A DNA stretch of 64,000 bases, from NCBI RefSeq assembly GCF_009914755.1, contig NC_060946.1. One strand, given 5' to 3'. This DNA comes from the human T2T-CHM13v2.0 reference genome, Homo sapiens. Position 1 is the first letter of the stretch, and every line of letters begins with the position of its first letter. The notes under the pieces were generated by a model, which saw only the letters and a program-made list of their open reading frames with translations, did no database searches and was not told the origin of the DNA. A program made the position numbers and the translations under genes. This document shows, piece after piece, positions 14,270-28,950 of this stretch.

Positions 14270-15200
14270 GAATGAACCCAAGTGTAATGGAATGGAATGG
14301 AATGCAATGCAATCCAAACGAGTGGAATGGAATGGAATGGAATGAAATGGAATGGAATGGAGTGGAATGGAATGGAATGGAGTGGAATGGAATAAACAAC
14401 AGGGGAATGCAATGGATTGTATTGAAATGGAATGGAATGGAATGGAATGGAATGAAATCATACCGAGTGGAATGGAACGGAATGGAATGGAATAGAAAGG
14501 AATGAATGGAATGGATTGGTGTGGAATCAACACAAGAGGAATGGAATGGAATGGAATGGAACGGAACGGAATGGAATCAACACGAGAGGAATGGAATGGA
14601 ATGGAATGGAACGGAACGGAATGGAAAGGAATGGAACGGAATGGAATGGAATGCAATGGAAAGGAATGGAATGGAATGAACCCGAATGGAATGGAATGGA
14701 TAGGAATGGAATGGAATGGAATGGAATGGAATGAACCCAAGTGTAATGGAATGGAATGGAATGCAATGGAATCCAAACGAGTGGAATGGAATGGAATGGA
14801 ATGTAATGGAATGGAATGGAATGGAGTGGAATGGAAAGGAATGGAGTGGAATGGAATAAACAACAGGGGAATGCAATGGATTGTAATGAAATGGAATGGA
14901 ATGGAATGGAATGGAATGAAATCAAACCGAGTGGAATGGAACGGAATGGAATGGAATGGAAAGGAATGAATGGAATGGATTGGTGTGGAATCAACACAAG
15001 AGGAATGGAATGGAATGGAATGGAACGGAACGGAATGGAATCAACACGAGAGGAATGGAATGGAATGGAAAGGAACGGAACGGAATGGAACGGAACGGAA
15101 TGGAAAAGAATGGAATGGAATGGAATGGAATGGAACGCAATGGAAAGGAATGGAATGGAATGAACCCGAATGGAATGGAATGGATAGGAATGGAATGGAA
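14270..15200 (+). repeat. Tandem duplication, period ~460 bp
   Basis: CCAAACGAGT 14314/14773, AAACAACAGGGG 14394/14858, CAACACAAGAGG 14528/14992. Confidence 0.85.
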
Positions 15201-16549
15201 TGGAATCAACCCGAGCGGAACGGAATGGAATGGAATGGAGTGGAATGGAATGTAATGTAATGGAATAGAATGGGATGGAATCAACAAGAATGGAATGGAA
15301 CAGAATGGAATGGGATGGGATGGAATGGAATGGAATGGAATGAACCCGAATGGAATGGAATGGATTGGAATAGAATGGAATGGTATCAACACGAGCGGAA
15401 AGGAATGGAATGGAATGGAGTGGAATGGAATGTAATGTAATGGAATGGAAAGGAATGGAATCAACACGAATGGAATGGAACGGAAAGGAATGGGATGGGA
15501 TGAAATGGAATGGAATGGAAGTTAATCAACACGAATGGAATGGAACGGAATGGAATGGAACGGAACTGAATGGAATGGACCGGCATTGAATGGAATGGAA
15601 TGGAATGGAATGGAATGGAATGGAATGGAATGGAATGAAATGGGAAGAAACAGAATGGAATCAACACGAGTGGAATGGAATGGAAAGGAATGGAATCAAC
15701 CCGAGTGGAATGAAATGGAATGTAATGCAATGGGATGGAGTGGAATCAAACTGAGTGGAATGGAATGGAATGGAATGGAATGGAATGCAATCAACCCGAT
15801 TGGAATGGAACGGAATGGAATGGAAAGGAATGGAATGGAATGGAATGGAATGGAATGGAATGGAATCAACCCGTATGGGATGGCATGGAATGGAATTGAA
15901 TGGAATGGAATGCAATGGAATCAACCCATGTGCAATGGAATGGAATGGAATGCAATGGAATCCACCCGAGTGGAACGGAATGGACTGGAATGGAATGGAA
16001 TGGAATGGAATGGAGTGGACTGGAACGGAATGGAGTGGAATGGAACAAACGCCAGGGAAATGAAATGGATTGGAATGAAATGGAATGGAATGGAATGGAA
16101 TGGAATGCAATGAAATCAACCCGAGTGGAATGGAACGGAATGGAATGGAATGGAAAGGAATGAATGGACTGGAATGGTGTGGAATCAACACGAGAAGAAT
16201 GGAATGGAATGGAATGGAACGGAACGCAATAGAAAGGAATGGAATGGAATAACCACGAATAGAATGGAATGGATTGGAATGGAATGGAATGGAATCAATC
16301 CAAGCGGAAATAAATGGAATGGAGTGGAATGTAATGTAATGGAATGGAGTGGAATGGAATGGAATCAACACGAATGGAATGGAACGGAATGGAATGGGAT
16401 GGGATGGAATGGAATGGAATGGAAGTTAATGAACACGAACGGAATGGAACGGAATAGAATGGAATGGAATGGAATGGAATGGAATGGAATGAAATGGAAA
16501 GGAACGGAATGGAATCAAAACGAGTGGAATGGAATGGAATGGAATGCGA

Positions 16550-19500
16550 TGAACCCGAGTGGAATGAAATGGAATATAATGCAATGGCATGCAGTGGAAT
16601 CAACCGTAGTGGAATTGAATGGAATGGAATGGAATGAAATGGAATGGATTGGAATTTAATCCAATGGTATCAACTGGAATGGAATGGAATGGAATGGAAT
16701 GGAATGGAATGGAATGGAATGGAATGGAATGGAATGGAATGGAATAAATCCTGGTGGAGTGGAATGGAATGTAATGGAGTGGAATGTAATGGAATTTAGT
16801 GGAATGGAATGGAATGGAATGGAATGGAATGGAATGGAATGGAATAAACCGTGGTGGAGTGGAATGGAATGTAATGTAGTGGAATGGAATGGAATTTAGT
16901 GGAATGGAATGGAATGGATTGGAATGGAATCAAACCGAATTAGATGGCATGGAATTGAATTGAATGGAATGGAAAGAAATGGAATGGAATGGAATCAACC
17001 CAAGTGTAATGGAATGGAATAGAATGCAATGGAATCCACCCGAGTGGAATGGAATGGAATGGAATGTAATGGAATGGAATGGAGTTCAATGGAACGGAAT
17101 GGAGTGGAATGGATTAAACACCAGGGGAATGAAATGCATTGGAATGACATGGAATGCAATGGAATGGAATGCAATGAAATCAACCCGAGTGGAATGGAAT
17201 GGAATGGAATGGCATGGAAAGGAATGAATGGAATGGAATGGTGTGGAATCAATAAGAGAGGAGTGGAATGGAATGGAATGGAATGGAACGGAACGGAATG
17301 GAAAGGAATGGAATAGAATGAACCCGAATAGAATGGAATGGATTGGAATGGAATGGAATGGAATGGAATCCACCCGAGCGGAAAGGAATGGAATGGAATG
17401 GAGTGGAATGGAATGTAATGGAATTGAATGGAAAGGAATTGAATCAATACGAATGGAATGGAAAGGAAGGGAATGGAATGGGATGGAATGGAATGGAATG
17501 GAAGTTAATCAACACGAATGGAATGGAACGGAATGGACTGGAATGGAATGGAATGAACATGAATGGAATGGAATGGCTTGGAATGGAATGGAATGGAATC
17601 AACCCGAGCAGAAAGGAATGGAATGGAATGGAGTGGAATGGAATGTAATGTAATGGAATGGAATGGAATGGAATGAAATGGAATGGAATGGAATCAACAC
17701 GAATGGAATGGAACGGAATGGAATGGGATGGCATGGAATGGAATGAACCCGAATGGAATGGAATGGATTGGAATGGAATGGAATGGAATCAACCTGAGCG
17801 GAAAGGAATGGAATGCAATGGAGTGGAATGGAATGGAATGGAATGGAATTGAATCAACACGAATGGAATGGAAAGGAAGGGAATGGAATGGGATGGAATG
17901 GAATGGAATGGAAATTAATCAACACGAATGGAATGGAACGGAATTGACTGGAATGGAATGGAATGAACCCGAATGGAATGGAATGGATTGGAATGGAATG
18001 GAATGGAATCAACCCGAGCGGAAAGGAATGGAATGGAATGCAGTGGAATGGAAAGTAATGGAATGGAATGGAATGGAATGGAATGGAATGGAATCCACAC
18101 GAATGGAATGAAACGGAATGCAAACGGATGGGATGGAATGGAATGGAATGGAAGTTAATCAACACGAATGGAATGCAACGGAATGGAATGGAATGGAATG
18201 GAATGGAATGGAATGAACCCGAATGGAATGGAATGGATTGGAATGGAATGGCATGGAATCAACCCAAGCGGAAAGGAATGTAATTGAATGGAGTGGAATG
18301 GAATGTAATGTAAAGGAATGGAATGGAATGGAATCAACACGAATGGAATGGAACGGAATGGAATGGGATGGAATTGAATGGGATGGAATGGAATGGAATG
18401 GAAAGGAAGTTAATCAACACGAATGGAATGGAACGGAATGGAATGGAATGGAATGGAATGGAAAGGAACGGAATGGAATCAACACGAGTGGAATGGAATG
18501 GAATGGAATGGAATCAACCCGAGTGGAATGAAATGGAATGTAATGCAATGGGATGGAGTGGAATCAATCGTAGTGGAATGGAATGGAATGGAATGGAATG
18601 GAATGGAATGGAATGGAATGGAATTTAATCCAATGGAATCAACTGGAATGGAATGGAATGGAATAGATTGGAATGGAATGGAATGGAATAAATCCTGGTT
18701 TAGTGGAATGGAATGTAATGGAGTGGAATGTAATGGAATTTAGTGGAATGGAATGGAATGGAATGGAATGGAATGAAATGGATTGGATCGGAATGGAATC
18801 CAATGGAATCAACTGGAATGGAATGGAATGGAATAAATCTGGGTGGAGTGGAATGGAATGTAATGGAGTGGAATCCAATGGAATTTAGTGGAATGGAATG
18901 GAATGGATTGGAATGGAATCAAACCGAATTGGATGGCATGGAATGGAATTGAATGGAATGGAATGGAATGGAATGGAATGGAATGGAATGGAATGGAATC
19001 AACCCAAGTGTAATGGAATGGAATGGAATGCAATGGAATCCACCCGAGTGGAATGGAATGGAATGGAATGGAATGGAATGGAATGGAATGGAGTTCAATG
19101 GAATGGAATGGAGTGGAATGGATTAAACACCAGGGGAATGAAATGCATTGGAATGAAATGGAATGCAATGGAATGGAATGGAATGAAATCAACCCGAGTG
19201 GAATGGAATGGAATGGAATGGCATGGAAAGGAATGAATGGAATGGAATGGTGTGGAATCAACACGAGAGGAATGGAATGGAATGGAACGGAATGGAAAGG
19301 AATGGAATGGAATGGAATGAACCCGAATGGAATGGAATGGATTGGAATGGAATGGAATGGAATCAAACCGAGCGGAAAGGAATGGAACGGAATGGAATGG
19401 AATGGAATGGAATGGAATGGAATTGAATCAACACGAATGGAATGGAACGGAAGGGAATGGAATGGGATGGAATGGAATGGAATGGAAGTTAATCAACACG

Positions 19501-20800
19501 AATGGAATGGAACGGAATGGACTGGAATGGAATGGAATGAACCCGAATGGAATGGAATGGATTGAAATGGAATGGAATGGAATCAACCCGAGCGGAAAGG
19601 AATGGATTGGAATGGAGTGGAATGGAATGTAATGGAATGGAATGGAATGGAATGGAATGGAATGGAATCAACACGAATGGAGTGGAACGGAATGGAATGG
19701 GATGGGATGAAATTGAATGGAATGGAAGTTAATCAACACGAATGGAATGTAACGGAATGGAACGGAATGGAATGGAATGAACCCGAATGGAATGGAATGG
19801 ATTGGAATGGACTGGCATGGAATCAACCCGAGCGGAAAGGAATGTAATGGAATGGAGTGGAATGGAATGTAATGGAATGGAATGGAATGGAATGGAATCA
19901 AAACGAATGGAATGGAACGGAATGGAATGGGATGGAATGGAATGGGATGGAATGGAATGGAATGGAAAGGAAGTTAATCAACACGAATGGAATGGAACGG
20001 AATGGAATGGAATGGAATGGAATGGAATGGAATGGAATAAATCGTGGTGGAGTGGAATGGAATGTAATGGAGTGGAATGGAATGGAATTTAGTGGAATGG
20101 AACGGAGTGGATTGGAATGGAATCAAACCGAATTGGATGGCATGGAATGGAATTGAATGGAATGGAATGGAATGGAATCAACCCAAGCGTAATGGAATGG
20201 AATGGAATGCAATGGAATCCACACGAGTGGAATGGAATGGAAAAGAATTGAATGGAATGGAGTTCAATGGAACGGAATGGAGTGGAATGGATTAAACACC
20301 AGGGTAATGAAATGCATTGGAATGAAATGGAATGCAATGGAATGGAATGGAATGAAATCAACCCGAGTGGAATGAAACGGAATGGAATGGCATGGAAAGG
20401 AATGAATGGAATCGAATGGTGTGGAATCAATACGAGAGGAATGGAATGGAATGGAACGGAACGGAATGGAAAGGAATGGTATAGAATCAACCCGAATAGA
20501 ATGGAATGGATTGGAATGGAATGGAATGGAATGGAATGGAATGGAATGGAATCAACACGAATGGAATGGAATGGAAGGGAATGGAAGTTAATCAACACGA
20601 ATGGAATGGAACGGAATGGACTGGAATGGAATGGAATGAACAAGAATGGAATGGAATGGATTGGAATGGAATGGAATGGAGTGGAATGGAATGGAATGGA
20701 ATGGAATGGAATGGAATGGAATGGAATCAACACGAATGGAATGGATCGGAATGGAATGGGATGCGATGGAATGGAATAGAATGGAAGTTAATCAACACGA
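16550..20800 (+). repeat. Three related units (spacing ~2.0 and ~1.17 kb)
   Basis: GGAGTTCAAT at 17081, 19090 and 20259. Each is accompanied by CAAACCGAATT upstream and AAATGCATTGG downstream. Confidence 0.75.
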
Positions 20801-20849
20801 ATTGAATGGAACGGAATGGAATGGAATGGAATGGAATGGAATAGAATGG

Positions 20850-23800
20850 AATGGAATGGAATGAAATGGAAAGGAACGGAATGGTATCAACACGAGTGAT
20901 ATGGAATGGAACGGAATGGAATCAACGCGAGAGGAATGAAATGGAATGCAATGCAATGGGATGCAGTGGAATCAACCAGAGTGGAATGGAATGGAAAGGA
21001 ATGGAATGAAATGGAATGGATCGGAATGGAATCCAATGGAATCAACTGGAGTGGAATGGAATGGAATGGAATGGAATGGAATGGAATAAATCTGGGTGGA
21101 GTGGAATGGAATGTAATGGAGTGGAATGTAATGGAATTTACTGGAATGGAATGGAAAGGAATGGAATGGAATGAAGTGAAATGGATGGGATCCGAAAGGA
21201 ATCCAATGGAATCAACTGGAATGGAATGGAATGGATTGGAATAAATCCGGGTGGAGTGGAATGGAATATAATGCAGTGGAATGGAATGGAATTTAGTGGA
21301 ATGGAATGGAATGGAATGGAATGGAATGGAATGGAATCAACCCGAATGGAATGCTACGGAATGGAATGGAATGGAATGGAACGGAATGGAATCAACGCGA
21401 ATGGGATGGCATGGAATGGAATGGAATGGAACGGAATGGAATGGAATGGAATGGAATGAACTGGAATTGAACGGAATGGAGTGGAATGCAATAAACACCA
21501 CGGGAATGAAATGGATTGGAATGAAATGTAATGGAATGGAATGGAATGAAATCAACCCGAATGCAATGGAACGGAATGGAATGGAATGAAAAGGAATGAA
21601 TGGATTGGAATGGTGTGGAATCAACACGAGAGGAATGGAATGGAATGGAATGGAATGGAACGGAATGGAAAGGAATGGAATGGAATGAATCCGAATGGAA
21701 TGGAATGGATTGGAATGGAATGGAATGGAATCAACTCGAGCAGAAAGGAATGGAATGGAATGGAGTGGAATGGAATGTAATGGAATGTAATGGAATGGAA
21801 TGGAATCAACACGAATGGAATGGAACGAAATGGAATGGGATGGGATGGAATGGAATGGAATGGAAGTTAATCAACACGAATGGAATGGAACGGAATGGAA
21901 TGGAATGGAATGGAATGGAATGGAATGGAGTGGAATGGAACGGAATGGAGTGGAATGCAATAAACACCAGGGGAATGAAATGGATTGGAATGAAATGGAA
22001 TGGAATGGAATGGAAGGGAATGGAATAGAAGGATATCCACCTGAGTGGAATGGAACGGAATGGAATGGAATGGAAAGGAATGAATGGAATGGAATGGTGT
22101 GGAATCATAACGAGAGGAATGGAATGGAATGGAACGGAAACGAACGGAATGGAAAGGAATGGAATGGAATGAACCCGAATGGAATGGAATGGAATCAACC
22201 CGAGTGGAAAGGAATGGAATGGAATGGAATGGAATGGAATGGAATGGAATGGAATCAACACGAATGGAATGGAATGGAATGGAATGGTTTGGGATGGAAT
22301 GGAATGGAATGGAAGTTAAACAACACGAATGGAATGGAACGGGATGGAATGGAATGGAATGGAATGGAATGGAATGGAATGGAATGAACCCGAATGGAAT
22401 GGAATGGATTGGAATGGAATGGAATGGAATCAACCCGAGCGGAAAGGAATGGAATGGAATGGAGTGGAATGGAATGTAATAGAATGGAATGGAAAGGAAT
22501 GGAATCAACACGAATGGAATGGAACGAAATGGAATGGGATGGGATGGAATGGAATGGAATGGAAGTTAATCAACACGAATGGAATGGAATGGAATGGAAT
22601 GGAAAGCAGTGGAATGGAACGGAATGGAGTGCAATTCAATAAACACCAGGGGAATGAAATGGATTGGAATGGAATGGAATGGAATGGAATGTAATGGAAT
22701 GGAATGATATCCATCCGAGTGGAATGGAACGGAATGGAATGGAATGGAAATGAATGAATGGAATGGAATGCTGTGGAATCAAAACGAGAGGAATGGAATG
22801 CAATGGATTGGAACCGAACGGAATGGAAAGGAATGGAATGGAATGAACCCGAATGGAATGGAATGGATTGGAATGGAATGGAATGGAATCAACCCGAGCA
22901 GAAAGGAATGGAATTGAATGGAGTGGAATGGAATCAACACGAATGGAATGGAACGGTTTGGGATGGAATGGAATGGAATGGAGGTTAAACAACACGAATG
23001 GAATGGAACGGGATGGAATGGAATGGAATGGAATGGAATGGAATGGAATGGAATGGATGAACCCGAATGGAATGGAATGGATTGCAATGGAATGCAATGG
23101 ATTCGACCCGAGCGGAAAGGAATGGAATGGAATGGAGTGGAATGGAATGAAATGGAATGTAATGGAATGGAATGGAATCAACACGAATGGAATGGAACGG
23201 AATGGAGTGGAATGGGATGGAATGGAATGGAATGGAAGTTAATCAACACGAATGGAATGGAACGGAGTGGAATGGAATGGAATGGAATGGAATGAAGCCG
23301 AATGGAATGGAATGGATTGGAATGGAATGGAATGGCATCAACCCGAGCGGAAAGGAATGGAATGGAATGGAGTGGAATGTAATGTAATGGAATGGAATGG
23401 AATGGAATCAATACGAATGGAATGAAACGCAATGGAATGGGATGGGATGGAATGGAATGGAATGGAAGTTAATCAACACGAATTGAATTGAACGGAATGT
23501 AATGTAATGGAATGGAATGGAATGGAATGGAATGGAATGGAATGGATTGGAATGGAATGAAATGGAAAGGAACGGAATGGAATCAACATGAGTGATATGG
23601 AATGGAACGAAATGGAATCAACGCGAGAGGAATGAAATGGAATGCAATGCAATGGGATGCAGTGGAATCAACCGGAGTGGAATGGAATGGAATGGAATGG
23701 AAAGGAATGGAATGAAGTGGAATGGATCAGAATGGAATCCAATGGAATCAACTGGAGTGGAATGGAATGGAATGGAATGGAATGGAATGGAATGGAATAA

Positions 23801-26800
23801 ATCCGGGTGGAGTGGAATGGAATGTAATGGAGTGGAATGTAATGGAATTTACTGGAATGGATTGGAATGGAATGGAATGGAATGGAATGAAGTGAAATGG
23901 ATTGGATCCCAATGGAATCCAATGGAATCAACTGGAATGGAATGGAATGGAATGGAATAAATCTGGGTGGAGTTGAACGGAATGTAATGGAGTGGAATGG
24001 AATGAAATTTAGTGGAATGGAATGGAATGGAATGGAATGGAATGGAATGGAATGGAATCAAACCGAATGGAATGCTACGGAATGGAATGGAAAGGAATGC
24101 CATGGAATGGAATTGAATGGAATGGAATGGAATGGAATGGAATCAACCCGAATGGGATGGCATGGAATGGAATGGAATGGAATGGAATGGAATGGAATGC
24201 ACTGGAATGGAACGGAATGGAGTGGAATGCAATAAACACCAGGGGAAGAAATGGATTGGAATGAAATGGAATGGAATGGAATGGAATGGAATGGAATGGA
24301 ATGGAATGGAATGAAATCAACCCGAATGCAATGGAACGGAATGGAAAGGAATGGAAAGGAATGAATGGAATGGAATGGTGTGGAATCAACACGAGAGGAA
24401 TGGAATGGAGTGGAATGGAACGGAACGGAATGGAAAGGATTGGAATGGAATGAACCCGAATGGAATGGAATGGATTGTAATGGAATGGAATGGAATCAAC
24501 CCGAGCGGAAAGGAATGGAATGGAATGGAGTGGAATGGAATGTAATGGAATGGAATGGAACGAAATGGAATGGGATGGGATGGAATGGAATGGAATGGAA
24601 GTTAATCAACACGAATGGAATGGAACGGAATGGAATGGAATGGAATGGAATGGAATGGAATGGAATGGAATGGAGTGGAGTGGAATGGAACGGAATGGTG
24701 TGGAATGCAATAAACACCAGGGGAATGAAATGGATTGGAATGAAATGGAATGGAATGGAATGGAATGGAATGGAATGGAATGGAATGATATCCACCCGAG
24801 AGGAATGGAACGGAATGGAATGGAATGGAATGCTGTGGAATCAAAACCAGAGGAATGGAATGGAATGGAATGGAACCGAACGGAATGGAAAGGAATGGAA
24901 TGGAATGAACCAGAATGGAATGGAATGAACCCGAATGGAATGGAATGGATTGGAATGGAATGGAATGGAATTAACCCGAGCGGAAAGGAATGGAATGGAA
25001 TGGAGTGGAATGGAATCAACATGAATGGAATGGAACGGAATGGAATGGGTTGGGATGGAATGGAATGGAATGGAATTTAAACAACACGAATGGAATTTAA
25101 CAGGATGGAATGGAATGGAATGGAATGGAATGGAATGGAATGAAATGGAAAGGAACCGAACTGAATCAACACGAGTGGAATGGAATGGAACGGAATGGAA
25201 TCAACCCGAGTGGAAAGAAATGGAATGTAAAGCAATGGGATGGAGTGGAATCCACCCGAGCGGAAAGGAATGGAATGGAATGGAGTGGAATGGAATGGAA
25301 TGGAATGCAATGGAATGGAATGGAATGAACACGAATGGAATGGAATGGAATGGAATGGGATGGGACAGAATCGAATGGAATGGAAGTTAATCAACACGAA
25401 TGGAATAGAACCGAATGGAATGCAATGGAATGGAATGGAATGGAATGGAATGGAATGGAATGAACCCGAATGGAATGGAATGGATTGGAATGGTATGGAA
25501 TGGAATCAACCGAAACGGAAAGGAAGGGAATGGAATGGAGTGGAATGGAATGAAATGGAATGGAATGGAATGGAATGGAGTCAACACGAATGGAATGCAA
25601 CGGAATGGAATGGGATGGGATGGAATGGAATGGAATGGAAGTTAATCCACACGAATGGAATGGAACGGAGTGGAATGAAATGGAATGGAATGAAGCCGAA
25701 TGGAATGGAATGGATTGGAATGGAATGGAATGGAATCAACCCGAGCGGAAAGGAATGGAATGGAATGGAGTGTAATGGAATGTAATGGAATGAAATGGAA
25801 TGGAATGGAATCAACACGAATGCAATGGAATGGAATGGAATGGGATAGGATGGAATGGAATGGAATGGAAGTTAATCAACACGAATTGAATGGAACGGAA
25901 TAGAATGGAATGGAATGGAATGGAATGGAATGGAATGAAATGGAAAGGTACGGAATGGAATCAACACGAGTGATATGGAATGGAACGGAATGGAATCAAC
26001 GCGAGAGGAATGAAATGGAATGCAATGCAATGGGATGGAGTGGAATCAACCGGAGTGGAATGGAATGGAATGGAAAGGAATGGAATGAAATGGAATGGAT
26101 CAGAATGGAATCCAATGGAATCAACTGGAGTGGAATGGAATGGAATGGAATGGAATGGAATAAATCCGGGTGGAGTGGAATGGAATGTAATCGAGTGGAA
26201 TGTAATGGAACTTACTGGAATGGAATGGAATGGAATGGAATGGAATGGAATGAAGTGAAATGGATGGGATCCGAATGGAATCCAATGGAATCAACTGGAA
26301 TGGAATGGAATGGAATGGAATAAATCCGGGTGGAGTGGAATGGAATGTAATGGGGTGGAATGGAATGGAATTTAGTGGAAAGGAATGGAATGGAATGGAA
26401 TGGAATCGAACGGAATGGAATCAACCCGAATGGAATGCTACGGAATGGAATGGAAAGGAATGGAATGGAATGGAATGGAATGGAATGGAATGGAATGGAA
26501 TGGAATGGAATGGAATCAACGCGAAAGGGATGGCATGGAATGGAATGGAATGGAATGGAATGGAATGGAATGCACTGGAATGGAACGGAATGGAGTGGAA
26601 TGCAATAAACACCAGGGGAATGAAATGGATTGGAATGAAATGGAATGGAATGGAATGGAATTAAATCAACCCGAATGCAATGGAACGGAATGGAATGGAA
26701 TGGAAAGGAATGAATGGAATGGAATGGTGTCGAATCAACACGAGAGGAATGGAATGGAATGGAATGGAACGGAACGGAATGGAAAGGAATGGAATGGAAT

Positions 26801-28950
26801 GAACCCGAATGGAATAGAATGGATTGGAATGGAATGGAATGGAATCAACCCGAGCGGAAAGGAATGGAATGGAATGGAGTGGAATGGAATGTAATGGAAT
26901 GGAATGGAACGAAATGGAATGGGATGGGATGGAATGGAATGGAATGGAAGTTAATCAACACCAATGGAATGGAACGGAATGGAATGGAATGGAATGGAAT
27001 GGAATGGAATCGAGTGGAATGGAACGGAATGGAGTGGAATGCAATAAACACCAGGGGAATGAAATGGATTGGAATGAAATGGAATGGAATGGAATGGAAT
27101 GGAATGGAATGGAATGGAATGATATCCACCCGAGTGGAATGGAACGGAATGGAATGGAATGGAATGCTGTGGAATCAAAACCAGAGGAATGGAATGGAAT
27201 GGAATGGAACCGAACGGAATGGAAAGGAATGGAATGGAATGAACCAGAATGGAATGGAATGAACCCGAATGGAATGGAATGGATTGGAATGGAATGGAAT
27301 GGAATTAACCCGAGCGGAAAGGAATGGAATGGAATGGAGTGGAATGGAATCAACATGAATGGAATGGAACGGAATGGAATGGGTTGGGATGGAATGGAAT
27401 GGAATGGAATTTAAACAACACGAATGGAATTTATCAGGATGGAATGGAATGGAATGGAATGGAATGGAATGGAATGAAATGGAAAGGAACCGAACTGAAT
27501 CAACACGAGTGGAATGGAATGGAACGGAATGGAATCAACCCGAGTGGAAAGAAATGGAATGTAAAGCAATGGGATGGAGTGGAATCCACCCGAGCGGAAA
27601 GGAATGGAATGGAATGGAGTGGAATGGAATGGAATGGAATGCAATGGAATGGAATGGAATGAACACGAAAGGAATGGAATGGAATGGAATGGGATGGGAC
27701 AGAATCGAATGGAATGGAAGTTAATCAACACGAATGGAATAGAACCGAATGGAATGCAATGGAATGGAATGGAATGGAATGGAATGGAATGAACCCGAAT
27801 GGAATGGAATGGATTGGAATGGTATGGAATGGAATCAACCGAAGCGGAAAGGAATGGAATGGAATGGAGTGGAATGGAATGAAATGGAATGGAATGGAAT
27901 GGAATGGAGTCAACACGAATGGAATGCAACGGAATGGAATGGGATGGGATGGAATGGAATGGAATGGAAGTTAATCCACACGATTGGAATGGAACGGAGT
28001 GGAATGAAATGGAATGGAATGAAGCCGAATGGAATGGAATGGATTGGAATGGAATGGAATGGAATCAACCCGAGCGGAAAGGAATGGAATGGAATGGAGT
28101 GGAATGGAATGTAATGGAATGGAATGGAATGGAATGGAATCAACACGAATGGAATGGAATGGAATGGAATGGGATAGGATGGAATGGAATGGAATGGAAG
28201 TTAATCAACACGAATTGAATGGAACGGAATAGAATGGAATGGAATGGAATGGAACGGAATGGAATGGAATTGAATGGAATGAAATGGAAAGGTACAGAAT
28301 GGAATCAACACGAGTGATATGGAATGGAACGGAATGGAATCAACGCGAGAGGAATGAAATGGAATGCAATGCAATGGGATGGAGTGGAATCAACCGGACT
28401 GGAATGGAATGGAACGGAAAGGAATGGAATGAAATGGAATGGATCAGAATGGAATCCAATTGAATCAACTGGAGTGGAATGGAATGGAATGGAATGGAAT
28501 GGAATGGAATGGAATGGAATAAATCCGGGTGGAGTGGAATGGAATGGAATGGAATGGAATGGAATGCACTGGAATGGAACGCAATGGAGTGGAATGCAAT
28601 AAACACCAGGGGAATGAAATGGATTGGAATGAAATGGAATGGAATGGAATGGAATGGAATGGAATGGAATGGAATGAAATCAACCCGAATGCAATGGAAC
28701 GGAATGGAATGGAATGGAAAGGAATGAATGGAATGGAATGGTGTGGAATCAACACGAGAGGAATGGAATGGAATGGAATGGAACGGAACGGAATGGAAAG
28801 GAATGGAATGGAATGAAACCGAATGGAATGGAATGGATTGGAATGGAATGGAATGGAATCAATCCGAGCGGAAAGGAATGGAATGGAATGGAGTGGAATG
28901 GAATGTAATGGAATGCAATGGAATGGAATGGAATGGAATCAACACGAATG
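20850..28950 (+). repeat. Local higher-order repeat of ~2.3-2.7 kb, about 3.5 copies, including a near-identical 2334 bp pair
   Basis: GAGTGATATGG at 20894, 23590, 25968, 28312. CAAAACCAGAGG 24842/27176 and GGGACAGAATCGAAT 25362/27696 both give offset 2334. Confidence 0.85.
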
